Of a stretch of 64,000 nucleotides of DNA, positions 1-11,631 are shown piece by piece; position 1 is the stretch's first letter; each line of letters starts with the position of its first letter. The stretch covers positions 555,220 through 619,219 of the forward strand of contig NW_005434665.1 of NCBI RefSeq assembly GCF_000315625.1, read 5' to 3'. Source of the stretch: Guillardia theta CCMP2712 (lineage: Eukaryota; Protista; Cryptophyta). The notes below the pieces were generated by a model. The model worked only from the letters and a program-made list of their open reading frames with translations. It was not told the origin of the DNA and did no database searches. The position numbers and the translations under genes were made by a program.

Positions 1-174
1 TGCGTGAATGATGAGTGTAAGGAGATGGCGGGTGAGATCATGGAAAAGCTGCTTGAGGGGCATCTTGCTGTCTGGATGAGCCAGCACCCGAGGCTCGGAG
101 GTCAATCCCCCCTCCACCTCCTTGACGAATTCGTGACGGGTATCATCCTTGATCATGCTTTCGAGCACCACTAG
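1..174 (+). CDS. 3' end of a gene running into the window; C-terminal HPRLG..SP..LL motif
   Basis: Frame 1 is open from base 1: CVNDECKEMAGEIMEKLLEGHLAVWMSQHPRLGGQSPLHLLDEFVTGIILDHAFEHH, stop TAG at 172-174. Confidence 0.6.
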   Translation, partial: CVNDECKEMAGEIMEKLLEGHLAVWMSQHPRLGGQSPLHLLDEFVTGIILDHAFEHH

Positions 175-419
175 GGAGCTGAGACATGTCTGATTTCTAC
201 TCGATTTATCTGTTATTTGACTACCTTATTAAAGACTTTAACTGCACAGGCTGCGTAGAAACTCGTGGCAGCATTTCAGGCGACCGTTCAAGACTTCTTG
301 ACACAAGGCTTTAGAGTTCTACGTGACTAGATGTCACAAAAAAAACCGTCAGTGATGGTTTCCAGGCTGAACCACTTATATCGAGTTACGATCATCGGAT
401 GGCACTCCTGGCCCGAAAA

Positions 420-650
420 CCGTGATGACTGCCCCGGCGGCCGGGCCTCGTCGCCCGCCGCCGGCGGCCCGGGGCCCCGCCCGCGCGGCCCCCCGGCCCC
501 CCGGCGGTTGAGTCCGATCGGGCGGCGGCCGCGTGCCGGCGGTCGGGGCCATCGGGCGGCGGCCGCGTGCCGGCGGTCGGGGCCCGGTGACCGGTCGGAG
601 TGAGAGTCTCGGCGCCCGCCGCCGGCCGCCCGGCCGGCCGCCCGGGGTCA
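420..650. other. GC-rich intergenic island (CCGG/GGCC/CCGCGG-dense)
   Basis: Very high GC, made of short palindromic words. Similar islands at ~8680-9400, 24120-24200, 28770-29350, 31555-31700, 46620-46690 and 58100-58200. Confidence 0.7.
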
Positions 651-719
651 CAATCATTTTAATACTGTTCTGAAACGGGTATGTAACTGTAATGAGAACT
701 CAGAGGCGTGTTAACGTCA

Positions 720-1270
720 ATATTCGAATTCGAATTCTCGCGGGAGGTTTAGAGGTTCAAATTTACGGGTGGGCGGGAGAAATTGGGTTGAAAGCTAGTC
801 AAAATTTGAACTTTACCAGAGGAAATTCCAAATAGAAAGCTCAAAAATTCATTGATAACACCAAAAATCCGTCTGGCATTTCAAACTCTCCCCTGGGATC
901 CTGTGCGCACGGCGCGTGAACAGTTCTATTATTGTTTCTGAATTACCCGTCAAAATCAGGCTAAATTTTGAATTATTTCCTGGGTAGGGTATTTAAAAAA
1001 AATCAAGTTTTTCCTTTCGTTGATCGTATACCGCGCCAACGGAGCCCGCCCATTCGAAATTTCGTTTCGCGCCTGCTGCGATCCCTGCTATCCACCGCCT
1101 CCTACGCCTCCTCCTCCCCTACCTCCGAACCCCTTGCTCTCTCCTCTCTCCTCTCTCTCATTCCCCTTCCTTGACCTTCTGCTAGCCTCCCTCCTTTTGT
1201 CCCCCTGCTCCTGCTCCTGCTTCCACTTATTGGCAACCACCGCCTCCGTTTTCGAACGCGAGATTTGAAT
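720..1270 (+). promoter_or_regulatory. Putative cell-cycle promoter of the E2F gene (CHR, E2F and MSA-like sites)
   Basis: TTYRAA at 723, 729, 756, 805, 880, 967, 992, 1053, 1251 and 1264; canonical E2F site TTTCGCGC at 1065-1072; CCAACGG at ~1036-1042. Confidence 0.55.
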
Positions 1271-1537
1271 TCTTGCTTGAGGCCTTGTCCTTGCCTCCAG
1301 AGACCTGCGTGCTTTGTCACATTCTCTGTATATTTCCACTCCTCCGGAAACCCTTCCGCCTTCACTGTCATTCGGCTCTTCCCAGTTGCATGGAAAGAGC
1401 GCAACTCTAATTTTTTCGACAACCAGTCTTGATGAGCGCGTAAGTTTTCATTTCAGACCTCTGCCTTCTTGACGATGCCCTGCAGAGTTCGTTCCTTTTG
1501 TGAAGAGAAGCATTTCCCCCAGAGCAGGATTTCTTCC

Positions 1538-3109
1538 ATGGTCAAGTCAGTGAGCATGGGGTTTGTTCCTGCAAGGCGGTAAGCAGGCTAATGGTCCCTT
1601 GAATTTTGATGTGATGTGTTTGCTTTCAGAACTTCCAGACACTATCCGTTCAACAACTTCGATGAATCTTCGTCTGAACCTCTCCGTGAAAACGAGTTCA
1701 GGTGTGAATGTGTTCATGATGACTTCGCGTTTCTGAAATTTTGTGCAGCATTGCTGCCAACGATGCCTGGAAAGGGATCGCAATGCTTGCACACTGCGCG
1801 CAGACCGTAGAGAACGAATCCTTGTCGAATGCAGACGAAGACTTGAACTCGCGCAGCTTCGATGCAAACTACAGTCGCAAGGACAAGTCTCTCGGCTTAC
1901 TTTGCGACAAGTTCCTTCAGGAGTATTCTTCAGCTTCTGAGGTACAACCCATGCACTTGCCTGGTCACGCAAACTAATTGAGATGCACAGATTTGTTTGG
2001 ACGTGGCAGCAAAGAAATTGGGAGTAGAGCGAAGAAGAATCTACGATATTGTTAACGTCCTTGAGAGCGTAGAGGTGGTCTCTAGGAAGGCAAAGAACTG
2101 CTACGCATGGTACGGAATTACGAGATTGCCGTACGCACTTCAGCGACAACACGCTATGGGCCCTCCGGACAATGAAAAGAGCGACGACGATGACAATACA
2201 GACAACAGCGATCCGGACAATGTAAGGGAAAACTCACAGGGCAGCTCCAATAATAACAATCGCCGGCCCTCGAGAAGGGAGAAGTCACTTGGGGTTCTAA
2301 GCCAGAAATTTGTCCGAATTTTCCTGCATGCACACAGGGGGGTCGTTTCGTTGGAATCTGCCGCAAGAAGACTGATGAACAAGGCCTCAATCGATGAGAA
2401 CAGATTGAAGACCAAGATTCGCAGACTCTACGACATAGCCAATATTCTGTGCAGCCTAAACCTCATCGAGAAGACGCAGATGCCTGATGGAAGCAGGAAG
2501 CCGGCTTTCAAGTGGAAATTTCAGTTCAACCAAATCCCAGAGCCTGCACAGATTCTGGTTCCTCAAGCTAACAAGAAGAGGAGCACAATGAGCTCGGAGG
2601 CAGAGATTGTTTCAAACAAGAAGGGAAAAGTCAAAGTGGAAGGAATGGAAATATCCGACATTCGGGCAAACATTGGTGAAGGCAGTCTCGATACCAAGAA
2701 TGACGCGACGAGAGTGCTCGAAGAGAGAACGACATCTTCCGCCTCCATGTCTGACGAGGCAGCTGTGGGTGTTAAGGAGCCTGGAAACCTCTCATCGTCC
2801 GCAAGCACCAGGGCGCCTTTGAGCTACAACGAGCTGCAGAAGGAGGTGATGAAGAAGATGTCAAACTCCAACGCCGTGGGCCTCTCGGCGATCATCGACG
2901 AGACGTTGGAGAGCATGGGGCTGGCAGGTCTGATCGACTCACCACGGAACATGCAGCAGTGCATGCAAGCTTACTTTGCCAAGATGTCAGGAATGCCCAA
3001 CTGGACTGCAGATGAAAAGAAGGAGGGGATGGCGGTAGAGAGGGAGGGGCCGAGCACGTTCGAGACTTCGGACAGCTCGGAGAACGATAGCAGGCCGTCT
3101 AGGATGTAG
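1538..3109 (+). CDS. Atypical E2F transcription factor (E2F7/8/DEL type, two DNA-binding domains)
   Basis: Two E2F DBDs: [15 protein letters not shown]...[16 protein letters not shown] and [14 protein letters not shown]...[15 protein letters not shown]. Introns ~1579-1627, 1702-1748 and 1942-1990 keep the frame. Start codon uncertain. Confidence 0.9.
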
Positions 3110-3259
3110 AGACCTCCAACGTAGCGCACAACTGTATGCTGTTCGATGATCAGCAATCTAGCTAAAGTAGTGTTTCTATCTTTCATTTATTAGATAAACC
3201 TAAATGAAAATCTGCTTCTTCGCTTTCAAAATAGTCGATCTTGGGAGCCGGAGAAGGTA

Positions 3260-4216
3260 TCACTCACTGATTCTGCAGAACCGAACCAGATCAGTGCGCA
3301 TGCATGCAGGTAAGAACAGGCAGGGATTACAATCACAAAACAAGTTGTACACTCACGGGCGATATGGCCCATCCTCACTCGCCGCAGGTTCTGAATTCTG
3401 ATTTGCCTTTGCTCCACGGAACAGGAAGAGCAGAGCACACTGCATCAAGCCTAGAACAAGACCGAGCGCATTGGGGATGAGGAGGAAGATATCGTTGATC
3501 GCTAGTCCATAAGTCGTCCACATGGTGCAGTTGACGACTTGCATGACGGCAAAGATGGGGTTAATGGATGCAGCGCTGAAGGCCAGACAGTCAGTGCACC
3601 GTAGCGAGAGAGTAGAAAGCAGCAGGCGACCTCTTTGTCTGGATGACTTTGGCAGCTGATGAGAGCGGGGAGGCGAACAACGTCAGGCACAAGATATTCG
3701 CAGTGATTCCCAGCAGATCGTTGCGATGCTTCACATCCTCGAAGTAGCAAGCAGAATACCCCACTATCAGCCACAGGCTGATCACAGTCCCCATCATGAT
3801 CTCCAATCTCCTCCTGATGGTATCAGAGGCCGTGAGATAATATCCTGTTAAGACATAGAACATCCCAAGAAGAACTCCAAAGAAATTCCCCGCGAACACG
3901 TATGCGTTCTTTGTGGACGCAGCATAGATAATCCAGCCCACGGCATTGCCAAACAACATGACAAAAGGGTCGGGATTCGTTTCTCCAAGAGTCTTGTTCC
4001 TTCTGCATTTGAGAATAGCTGGCAGAGGGCCAAATCCCAGGCCTGTGCTAAGGATAACACCTAGAGCAGGTGCAACCACCTCGATGATAATGTTGGCACC
4101 CTGCAAACATGATTCGTTACCCATGAGTCGCTCTACCCATCCGCCATCTCCAGAGCAAAGTACCACACGTCATCTCACTAACTCACACAGAGACCATTAA
4201 TATCGCCCGAAGGCAT
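3260..4216 (-). CDS. SWEET/MtN3 sugar transporter
   Basis: Two MtN3 repeats (GPLPAILKC..NPDPFVMLFGNAVGWIIY; FASPLSSAAKVIQTK..NCTMWTTYG..IPNALG). Introns 4101-4186, ~3577-3630 and ~3273-3356. Confidence 0.9.
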
Positions 4217-4965
4217 GAGCAGTTGCAAACAATCCTCTTTTTCGTCCCGCTCTCGATCTTCAGTGTCTCAGTTGCCTTTTCCCAGCTGCGTACTTCGCCA
4301 CTTCGCCGCTGCGCTCTCCATGCAGTCTTCCCGCTTCACACCCATCTCATCATGTCTATCATCATTCTCTGTTGATGCCTCCTCTAGTGGCTTCTCTCAC
4401 TCCCTCCTCGCCCGGCCTCCTCCTCCTCCCTTCTTACCTTATCCGCCATTATGCCCTACCGCCCGGTTATGGATTATTATAAATTCATACAAAAATGGTA
4501 ACTTTATATATAACCATGGTTAGGTAGCAGGCCTAGCTCCGCTAGTGTAAGGTCGCATCCTTCTGAAACCCTACCCCATGATCTGGATGACCCCTGGATG
4601 AGAGGTACCATTTGAACCCTACTTTTCTCTATGAAGTACCCACCATGATGTATACCCCTACCCTACCTCCATCAAGTACATCCCTTGTAGAGGCCTCCGG
4701 TCGCAAGGATTCGTGTTCTAACGGAATGGTAACGTTTGTGTATTTTGATGGGTGGGGTAGGAGCATTTTGAAGTAAATGGGGGTGGTGTGTCTCCGACAC
4801 GGGTAGAGGTAATATTTGTGGGAGGGTACTAAGATATTTCCTTCGAGGTTTCTATAAAATATTTAGAGAGGTGGGGTATAGATCATAGGGTAGGGGTGGG
4901 GTGGAACACCTTGGTCACTGTAGGTGGTGGAAGGTGGGTCAGGAGGTCAGGGGTGGAAGAGTCGC

Positions 4966-5757
4966 ATGAAAATGCGGGCAGCTTTTGTGCGAATGATTGT
5001 GGCAGTTCTTATCGTCATGATGGCAGTCGAAAGCTTTGCTTTGTCATCAGATGATGAGCTTGCTCGTAAAAAAGAGGGAAAGATGCAGAGAAAGGATGCA
5101 CCTCGTTTTGAGATTGCACGAGACCTCATCACCCTGATTGGAATATACGAGATGATCTCGCTTTCATGGCTGTAAGTCTTTCCTTCACGAACTGTGAACC
5201 TTGGTTTCTGATGGTGATGGTGTCAGTGTATCGACTTGGATGGCGGCTTGGATATTTCAGCCCTCCAGACTTGGGCTCGTCCAACCCTTTCTTCAGCTGA
5301 TAGGAGAACCAATCGAGTCCAGCGATTTCAGATCCACCCAGCCGACGAGATTGGTTGACAGGCTCAGGAGCCACTTCGATAATTTGGAAAACAGAGCTGA
5401 ACATGCTCTCTCAATCTTTTCTAGATGTCTACCTCTTGATTTGAGGCATCTTGGCACCTCATATGCTGAGGGAGCAATTTTCCGGATTTGTGCCAAGCCC
5501 GTTGTGGTAAGTACTTTCTGCCTTCCTTCAAAGTCAGACGACTTTCAAGTGTATGCCGTAAACAAGTGCAACATATCAAGAAAATTGCACATTCCTTCTC
5601 TCATCATACTTCTTTCTACTTCATATTTCTATCATATTTCTTTCTATCATACTTCTCTGCGTCCTTGTCACTTTTGTTGAAACAGTTGCCTCTCAAAATA
5701 TATTTCTCGCTGAAGGCCTTGAGGGAGATGAAAAAGAACAATCAGCCGTCCAAATGA
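4966..5757 (+). CDS. Hypothetical membrane protein with signal peptide + Phe (probably plastid-targeted)
   Basis: MKMRAAFVRMIVAVLIVMMAVES-FALSS leader. Three exons joined by GT-AG introns, ending LPLKIYFSLKALREMKKNNQPSK*. Confidence 0.55.
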
Positions 5758-6077
5758 AAATAGCATCTCAAGATCTAATATTGTATATAGTATAGATGAA
5801 CAATTCGAACTCCTACATCCATCAAGCATTCCTGAAGTTTGTTCTTAAGTAAACTGACTACTTTGTAAGATCTTGACCTGGACGGGCGGGGGGGGGGGAG
5901 GGGCTTGTTGTTGAATGGGAAATTTTTTTGTTAAAATGAGTGCAACAGAAATCTGGTTTTGTGAGCAGTGCGATGGATTGCAAGCAGTAGTGCTCGTGAT
6001 AACTTCCAAATAGTGTGAAAAGATCATTCAAAACAAATATTCATGCAAAAGTATTCCCCCAAAAACAAACCCGAATT

Positions 6078-7035
6078 TTACAATCCAGCAGTGCTTACGA
6101 TGATTGGCGCAAGCTGATCGAAGCTGATACCATCTTGCTTGAACTTGACAGAGGCCTCATTAAATTCATTGACTGGAATCTGTACATCGCTCCCCTTCGC
6201 GACCCATTTCTTCTCTTCGAGCAGCTGATCAAGCTGAGCACCCTTCAGGTTGATCAAGATTTCGAGCTCATCTCTTGCGATCACTTGATAGGTTGCCTGG
6301 CCCCAATGTTAGCATCAATTCTACAAAAGTCCAAAAGTATTCACCGAGATCACTCCAACAATATATTGCCTGATAGCTTCATGGAATCCGGGAATACCAT
6401 TCGCGACACTCGCATTTTTCTCATCAGCCATGTCAGCCCAGTACTCCTTGAACTGGCAAGTTTCGAGCTTATCAGACAGCTGCTTCAGCACCTCGATCTT
6501 CTGTTCCTTGACCGCACCAGGGACCAGATACATGCACAGCATGAAATCAGTTGCTGGCATCTGCATCAGTGCTTTGACAAGAATCTGTAAACCATGCACA
6601 AAAGATGAATGTGTCAGTACGCCAGTTGATTGGAGTAGCAGGATTTGCATAAAGATTATTTCTGTTGTGATAAGGATACCTTGCAGACAACTTCTGAGTT
6701 CGCGGTTGCAGGATTATACTGATAAAAGCGCAAAAGCGCAAGATTTGCATCCAGATCTGTATAACCTCCTTTAATCTGCAACATTGCGAAGTCAAGAGAT
6801 GCCTTTGGGTTCAAACGAGCTTTCGGTCCATCCCCATGTGTTCCAACACACCAGTGAAACCGAAATGGCACAAAGACGGGAGAAGTTCACAAGGCGACGG
6901 ATGGGTGAACAAGAAGAAGATGGCGAGACGTGAAGAACCGACATCTACCTGCTCGTCGACGTATGCTTCAAGCTGTGGTGTGATCGACGGATCAAAGCGC
7001 CTCTCGCTCAGCAGCCGCTGGACTTCCTCTTGCAT
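6078..7035 (-). CDS. EIF3K: Eukaryotic translation initiation factor 3 subunit K
   Basis: RFDPSITPQLEAYVDEQ / DLDANLALLRFYQYNP / ILVKALMQMPATDFMLC / LETCQFKEYW / GFHEAIRQYI match eIF3k; 4 exons. Confidence 0.92.
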
Positions 7036-7315
7036 GGCGCGTGCGTGGCTGCTAGCTTACCCCACCCCCGTTGTCCCCTAACAAATCACCGGTACCTTAT
7101 AGTCCACCCACCCCAGAATAGGAATGCTGAGAGTATCATTCGGAGAGGGTAGAGCTATATGCAGTGAATGGAAGGGGTGGGGTACTTTTTATAGGGTCAC
7201 TAGAAGGACAACAACTATATGATGGGGGGGTAGAAGATATTCAGGGTGGGGTATGAATGTGGAAGGGTCCGATACACCAAATGTGGTCATGACGCGACGG
7301 GAAAAATTGTAACCC

Positions 7316-7507
7316 GACGACGAGAGAGGAGAGGAGAGGAGAGGAGAGGAGAGGAGAGGAGACGAGAGGAGACGAGACGAGACGAGAGGAGACGAGAGGA
7401 GACGAGAGGAGACGAGAGGAGACGAGACGAGACGAGAGGAGACGAGAGGAGACGAGAGGAGACGAGACGAGACGAGACGAGACGAGACGAGACGAGACGA
7501 GACGAGA
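7316..7507 (+). repeat. Pentanucleotide microsatellite (GAGGA/GACGA)n
   Basis: Direct inspection of the tandem array. Confidence 0.95.
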
Positions 7508-8026
7508 CTTGTCGGAGAGGAAAGGAGGAGGGGAAAGAACAAGACCAGGAGTTGCAACTGGGAATCAATTAGACCAGCAAAACATCCAAAGTTTTTGAAA
7601 GGAACAAAGAAAATGAAAAGAAACCAAATTGTAAAATGATTACGATAGGAATGAAGAAAGAGAAGGTCAATTTTGCTAGCTGACTAGAATTATGTGGAAC
7701 ACAAACGAAAAGATTAGGAGAAATGATCAAAAATGCGACAAGAAATGATCTTGATTTTTGGTACTGGGTTGATGATGTTGTGAAACGATTGAACCAGTAT
7801 CTAAGATGTCGGTGTATCGTCTTGATTTTATGCCGAAAACAAGGGTTATGTTACCGTCGTCTTGTTTTGAAAAGATTATCATGTCTTGAAAAAGTTACAT
7901 CACTAAATTTGGGGATCAGGTTGTTTGGGGTTAGCGTTTGCAGTGAATCTCCTTTACGCTTGGATCTTTTGGCGAGGCTCCATCTTCACCTCTGATTACT
8001 GCCTAGTTCTTCCGGTCTGAACGAAT

Positions 8027-8468
8027 ATGCTCTCCTCCCTTGTGAAAGAAAATGCTGAAAAGCAAGCGAAAATCAGAGAAATGAATGACAACAATAGAAA
8101 GGAGGCACTTGCAGCTACAGAGACTGTCACGAACTTGATGACAGATTCGGTTCAGTCAAGCATGTTGGAAGTCTTTGCAGCTCAGAAGAAGTTGGAGAAG
8201 GAGGTGAAAGGATTGCAGAGCAACACCCATCACTTTTCCCGGCAAACTCACCAGTGGTATGATATGATCACGGAATTCAATGGGGGTCTCAAGGTGAGTT
8301 TGATTCTCTACTTCCTTGTTCTGGTCCGCAAACCAAGTTATGTCTGACGTCAGTTTGGTTCTAATGTCTCAGGATGTCGGGGACTTTCAGAATTGGGCCA
8401 AAACCGTCGAATGGGACATGAAGCACATTGCGAGCGCGCTGGATTATGTCTCAAAAACAGAGAGCTGA
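8027..8468 (+). CDS. BLOC1S1: BLOC-1 subunit 1 (BLOS1/GCN5L1)
   Basis: MLSSLVKE...QKKLEKEVK...QW..ITEFNGGLK|DVGDFQNWAKTVEWDMKHIASALDYV; intron 8294-8372. Confidence 0.92.
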
Positions 8469-8679
8469 CAACGGCCCGGGTGACACTTGAGCTGATCGGA
8501 GTCCCGGATCCACTGACTTTCAGAGATAATCAAGTTGAGCCGTTGTGCCTGTCACAGTGCGGCCTCCGAGGCTGAGCCTGTATTAAACTGGATGATCACG
8601 GGTGACGCCCGGTGCTCAGTGTGACGATCGAGCGACTCTGAATCATTGAATAACACTGCAGTCTGGTCACAGGGCCATC

Positions 8680-9400
8680 ATCGGGCCCGCCGGCGGGGGC
8701 GGGCCGCGGCTGGCTCGCTGGCTGGCACGCTGCCTCGCCTCGCCCGGCCTGGCGGCGGGATCCGATCCGATCCCGGCGGTAGGCTCCGACCCAATCACCG
8801 GGCCCGGGGTGCCTGCCACCGTCAGGCTGACTCGGCGGGAGTCCGAGCCTCGGAGGGGCCCTCGGTCCTCACTGAGCCCACTAGTAGACCGGCGGTACGG
8901 TCAGGCTGAGTAGGGCTGAGTCCGGCGGCGGACCGTGGACTCCCCGGCCGGACTCCTTGCCTTGAACTTCGGAATCCGATGATCCGTCAGTTTCTGAATC
9001 GGACTCCTGACTTCGGAAGCCGCAGTGCCCGGCGTTGCGCCGGGCCCGGAACTCCGAGTCGGAGGCGGCGGCTCGGCGGAACTTTCAAGGGCCAGTCCGA
9101 TCACCGGACCGCGCGGCCGGGCGCCGGGACTCGGACCGTGACCGCTGCCGCCGGGGCCGCCGCAACTTCCCGGTGACCCAGTGAACGCCGTCACGTGACT
9201 CCGCCGGCCGGCCGCGGCCGCCGCGACTGCATCATAGTAGCCACGCCGACGGTTAGGCCCCCGACCTGACCCGGGCCGGCCGAAGTTCCAAGCCTCAGTG
9301 AAGGCGGCGGGCCGGGCGCCGGCCCCGGAGTGCCAGTGCCAGTTGAGTCCCGGCGCGGCGTGCCCGGGCGCCGGCGCGGCCGCCCGGCCCACGGTCGTAC
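8680..9400. other. GC-rich intergenic island
   Basis: Dense CCGG, GGCC, GAGTC/GACTC, CCGATC and AACTT words; overlapping ORFs are low-complexity R/G/P/A. Confidence 0.7.
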
Positions 9401-9960
9401 TCCGACACGGTCACAGAGTACCGGGTAGTGAAGACCGTAAAGAAGACCGCGTACTGAAACAATATCCGATGAGCAAAAGGTGGAGGCACATAACCGATCA
9501 AACAACTGCCGGAAATACTTCGTGAAACTCAAGGGGTTGTATCAACCTGCTGAATAGGAGGGGTAGTGAGGAGGGGGAGCTCGAGTATAGGTAGGGGTGG
9601 GAATATACGGTAGAGATCCGTGAGACTGGAATATCAATGAGGGGGTGGGGTAGGGTATCCCGAAATAGAGCAGAGGTATATAGAGCGAGACCCGAAGCTG
9701 ACGTACCATCAGAAAGGTGAGCGCCGATGCATGCCTTGTGAGGGAAGGGGGACGGAGAGTGTAAAAGGAGGGCTGTGTACTCTCCTTATGCTCTTAGATG
9801 CGGTCTGTATGTTACATGAGCAAGGGACAGAACGCGCAAATAGGAGGAGAGTGAACTGAGCGAGATCTTGGGAAGGGAAAATTTGAGCGCGTGTGCATGA
9901 GGGGGTTTACAGCAGATGGATCGAACATATTGAGATCGATCACTGATGTGTGCTTGGCAG

Positions 9961-10146
9961 ATGTTCCAGACCCTCTACGGACAGACCGCTGCTGCTCTCT
10001 ACGCCAAGGCCGCCGGCCAGAACGCCCAGGCCCGCCAGCTCTACAACGCCTCCGCTGACACCTACTACAAGGCCAACGATGCTGCTGCCTACGACGACTG
10101 GGTCCGCGCTCGCAACCACTGGGACTACTTCTACAACCGCTCGTAA
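9961..10146 (+). CDS. 61-aa Ala/Tyr-rich protein, candidate ejectisin/Tri (ejectisome ribbon) protein
   Basis: Strong C-ending codon bias. 5'UTR intron 9717-9960 ends right at the ATG; TATATA at ~9677; AATAAA after the stop. Family call is inference from size and composition. Confidence 0.6.
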   Translation: MFQTLYGQTAAALYAKAAGQNAQARQLYNASADTYYKANDAAAYDDWVRARNHWDYFYNRS

Positions 10147-10302
10147 ATCGTGAATCAATAAAGCAGTTGTATGTGTAAATTTTTCTCGTGTGATGTCGAT
10201 CTGAGGGTTGAGGGTATGTCAAAGTAAACATGTAGGTTCAACTCTTTGTTACAAGCCACACGGAGACAGTAGAGGCAATGAAAGTATTAACAGCGTATAA
10301 CC

Positions 10303-10890
10303 TCAAATGCCCATCATTCCCTGCATAGGAACAGTAGATCCCTGAAAACAAACCGGGGTTAGCGAACTCAAAACGCATCATCGTTGAGTGACTGTCTCTC
10401 ACCCTTGCGCCAACCCCGAGCTGTTAAAACAACAAGTCAGGTGGAATGAGATCATCAAAGGGATCGTGACCGGGTTCAACGTGTCATTGCCCTTGAGGCG
10501 ACGAGTGATGGAGTGTCGCTTCAATTGCCGGGCGTTGGAAAGAGCCTGCATTATTACAAACTGAGCTCTGTATGCACAGGTTGCGAGCATCGGCGGTTGA
10601 CCTGAAGCACTTCCGAACCATAGTTTGCAGCCTGCGAGACATGTCCGGACTGCTCGTCCTTGTTCGCCAATTTGTGATGCTCAAGTAAAACCTGGTTTCA
10701 ACCATTTGTCAGTTGTCTGCCATGATGCAGATACATGGTGATTAGGCCCAACTCTACGAGGTTATGTCATGAGTCCACTCCCCAGAATGCTCAAACAGAT
10801 ACATTATTCTCGAACCTAAAGAATCCACGTATCGATTCTACCCCGACGACTCTGTGAAGCTGCTACGCCGTAGTAGCAACGAACGAGCAT
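10303..10890 (-). CDS. Small multi-exon hypothetical protein
   Basis: GT-AG-bounded segments join in frame (VLLEHHKLANKDEQSGHVSQAANYGSEVLQ|ALSNARQLKRHSITRRLKGNDTLNP...). Ends uncertain. Confidence 0.3.
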
Positions 10891-11631
10891 GACAAAAATG
10901 AAACTTGAGAGATCAACAGAAAAAGAAGAGAGCATAATGAATAGTCCAAGAATATGACATTATCATGTTTTCTCCTGTTAAAAAACAACACCAAAAATGC
11001 GTGAAAACTGGCCCTCATTCAATGTAAACAACTTGGAAGATGACACATGGTGGTTATCATGCAAAGCAACTGCCTTGAAATGTTCCATGCTCGCTATTTA
11101 TGATCAAAATATTGGATCATCACTGTACATTTCCTGACTGTTTGTGATTCCTCTGTCCTATGGCTACAACATGATCAACATAGTACCCAAATTGTCCCTC
11201 TTTCACTGCTACAACGTCAGGTTTCAATATCTCACTCATCTCTACTTCATTGCCTTGCTTTCCCCTTCATATTCAACAGCATGAAAGTGCATTTTCCTCT
11301 CGCATTCGCTGTCCTACAGTTGGTCTCCTGGCTACTCAAGAACACAGCCTGCGGCTTTCAAGAATTCACATGCCTCAACTGAGTATCCCACACTGGCACC
11401 GTTTTCCAACTCCGAGTGCAATCCCGCAACAGACCTTCAACTCCCATCCCTCAATTCTTTGATCGTCTCGTTAGACCAGCTCGCACTCCCTCCCTTCCTC
11501 CCTCCTCCCCTTCGCTCTGCCGCTTACCTCGAACATTCTGGGGCTCCTCTATTTCCGATGCGCCGTTGGAAAAACGTTGCAATACGTTGCATCTCAATTC
11601 CGGTCTGCCGGCTTCCGTGCCATAAACCATC

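Noticed and set aside
7189-7572. SSRLV/ETRRD repeat ORFs
   Set aside because: Translations of the pentanucleotide microsatellite.
8646-9532. R/G/P/A-rich ORFs in GC islands (also 331-657 and 28774-29389)
   Set aside because: Stops are rare at such high GC; no domain signal or splice structure.
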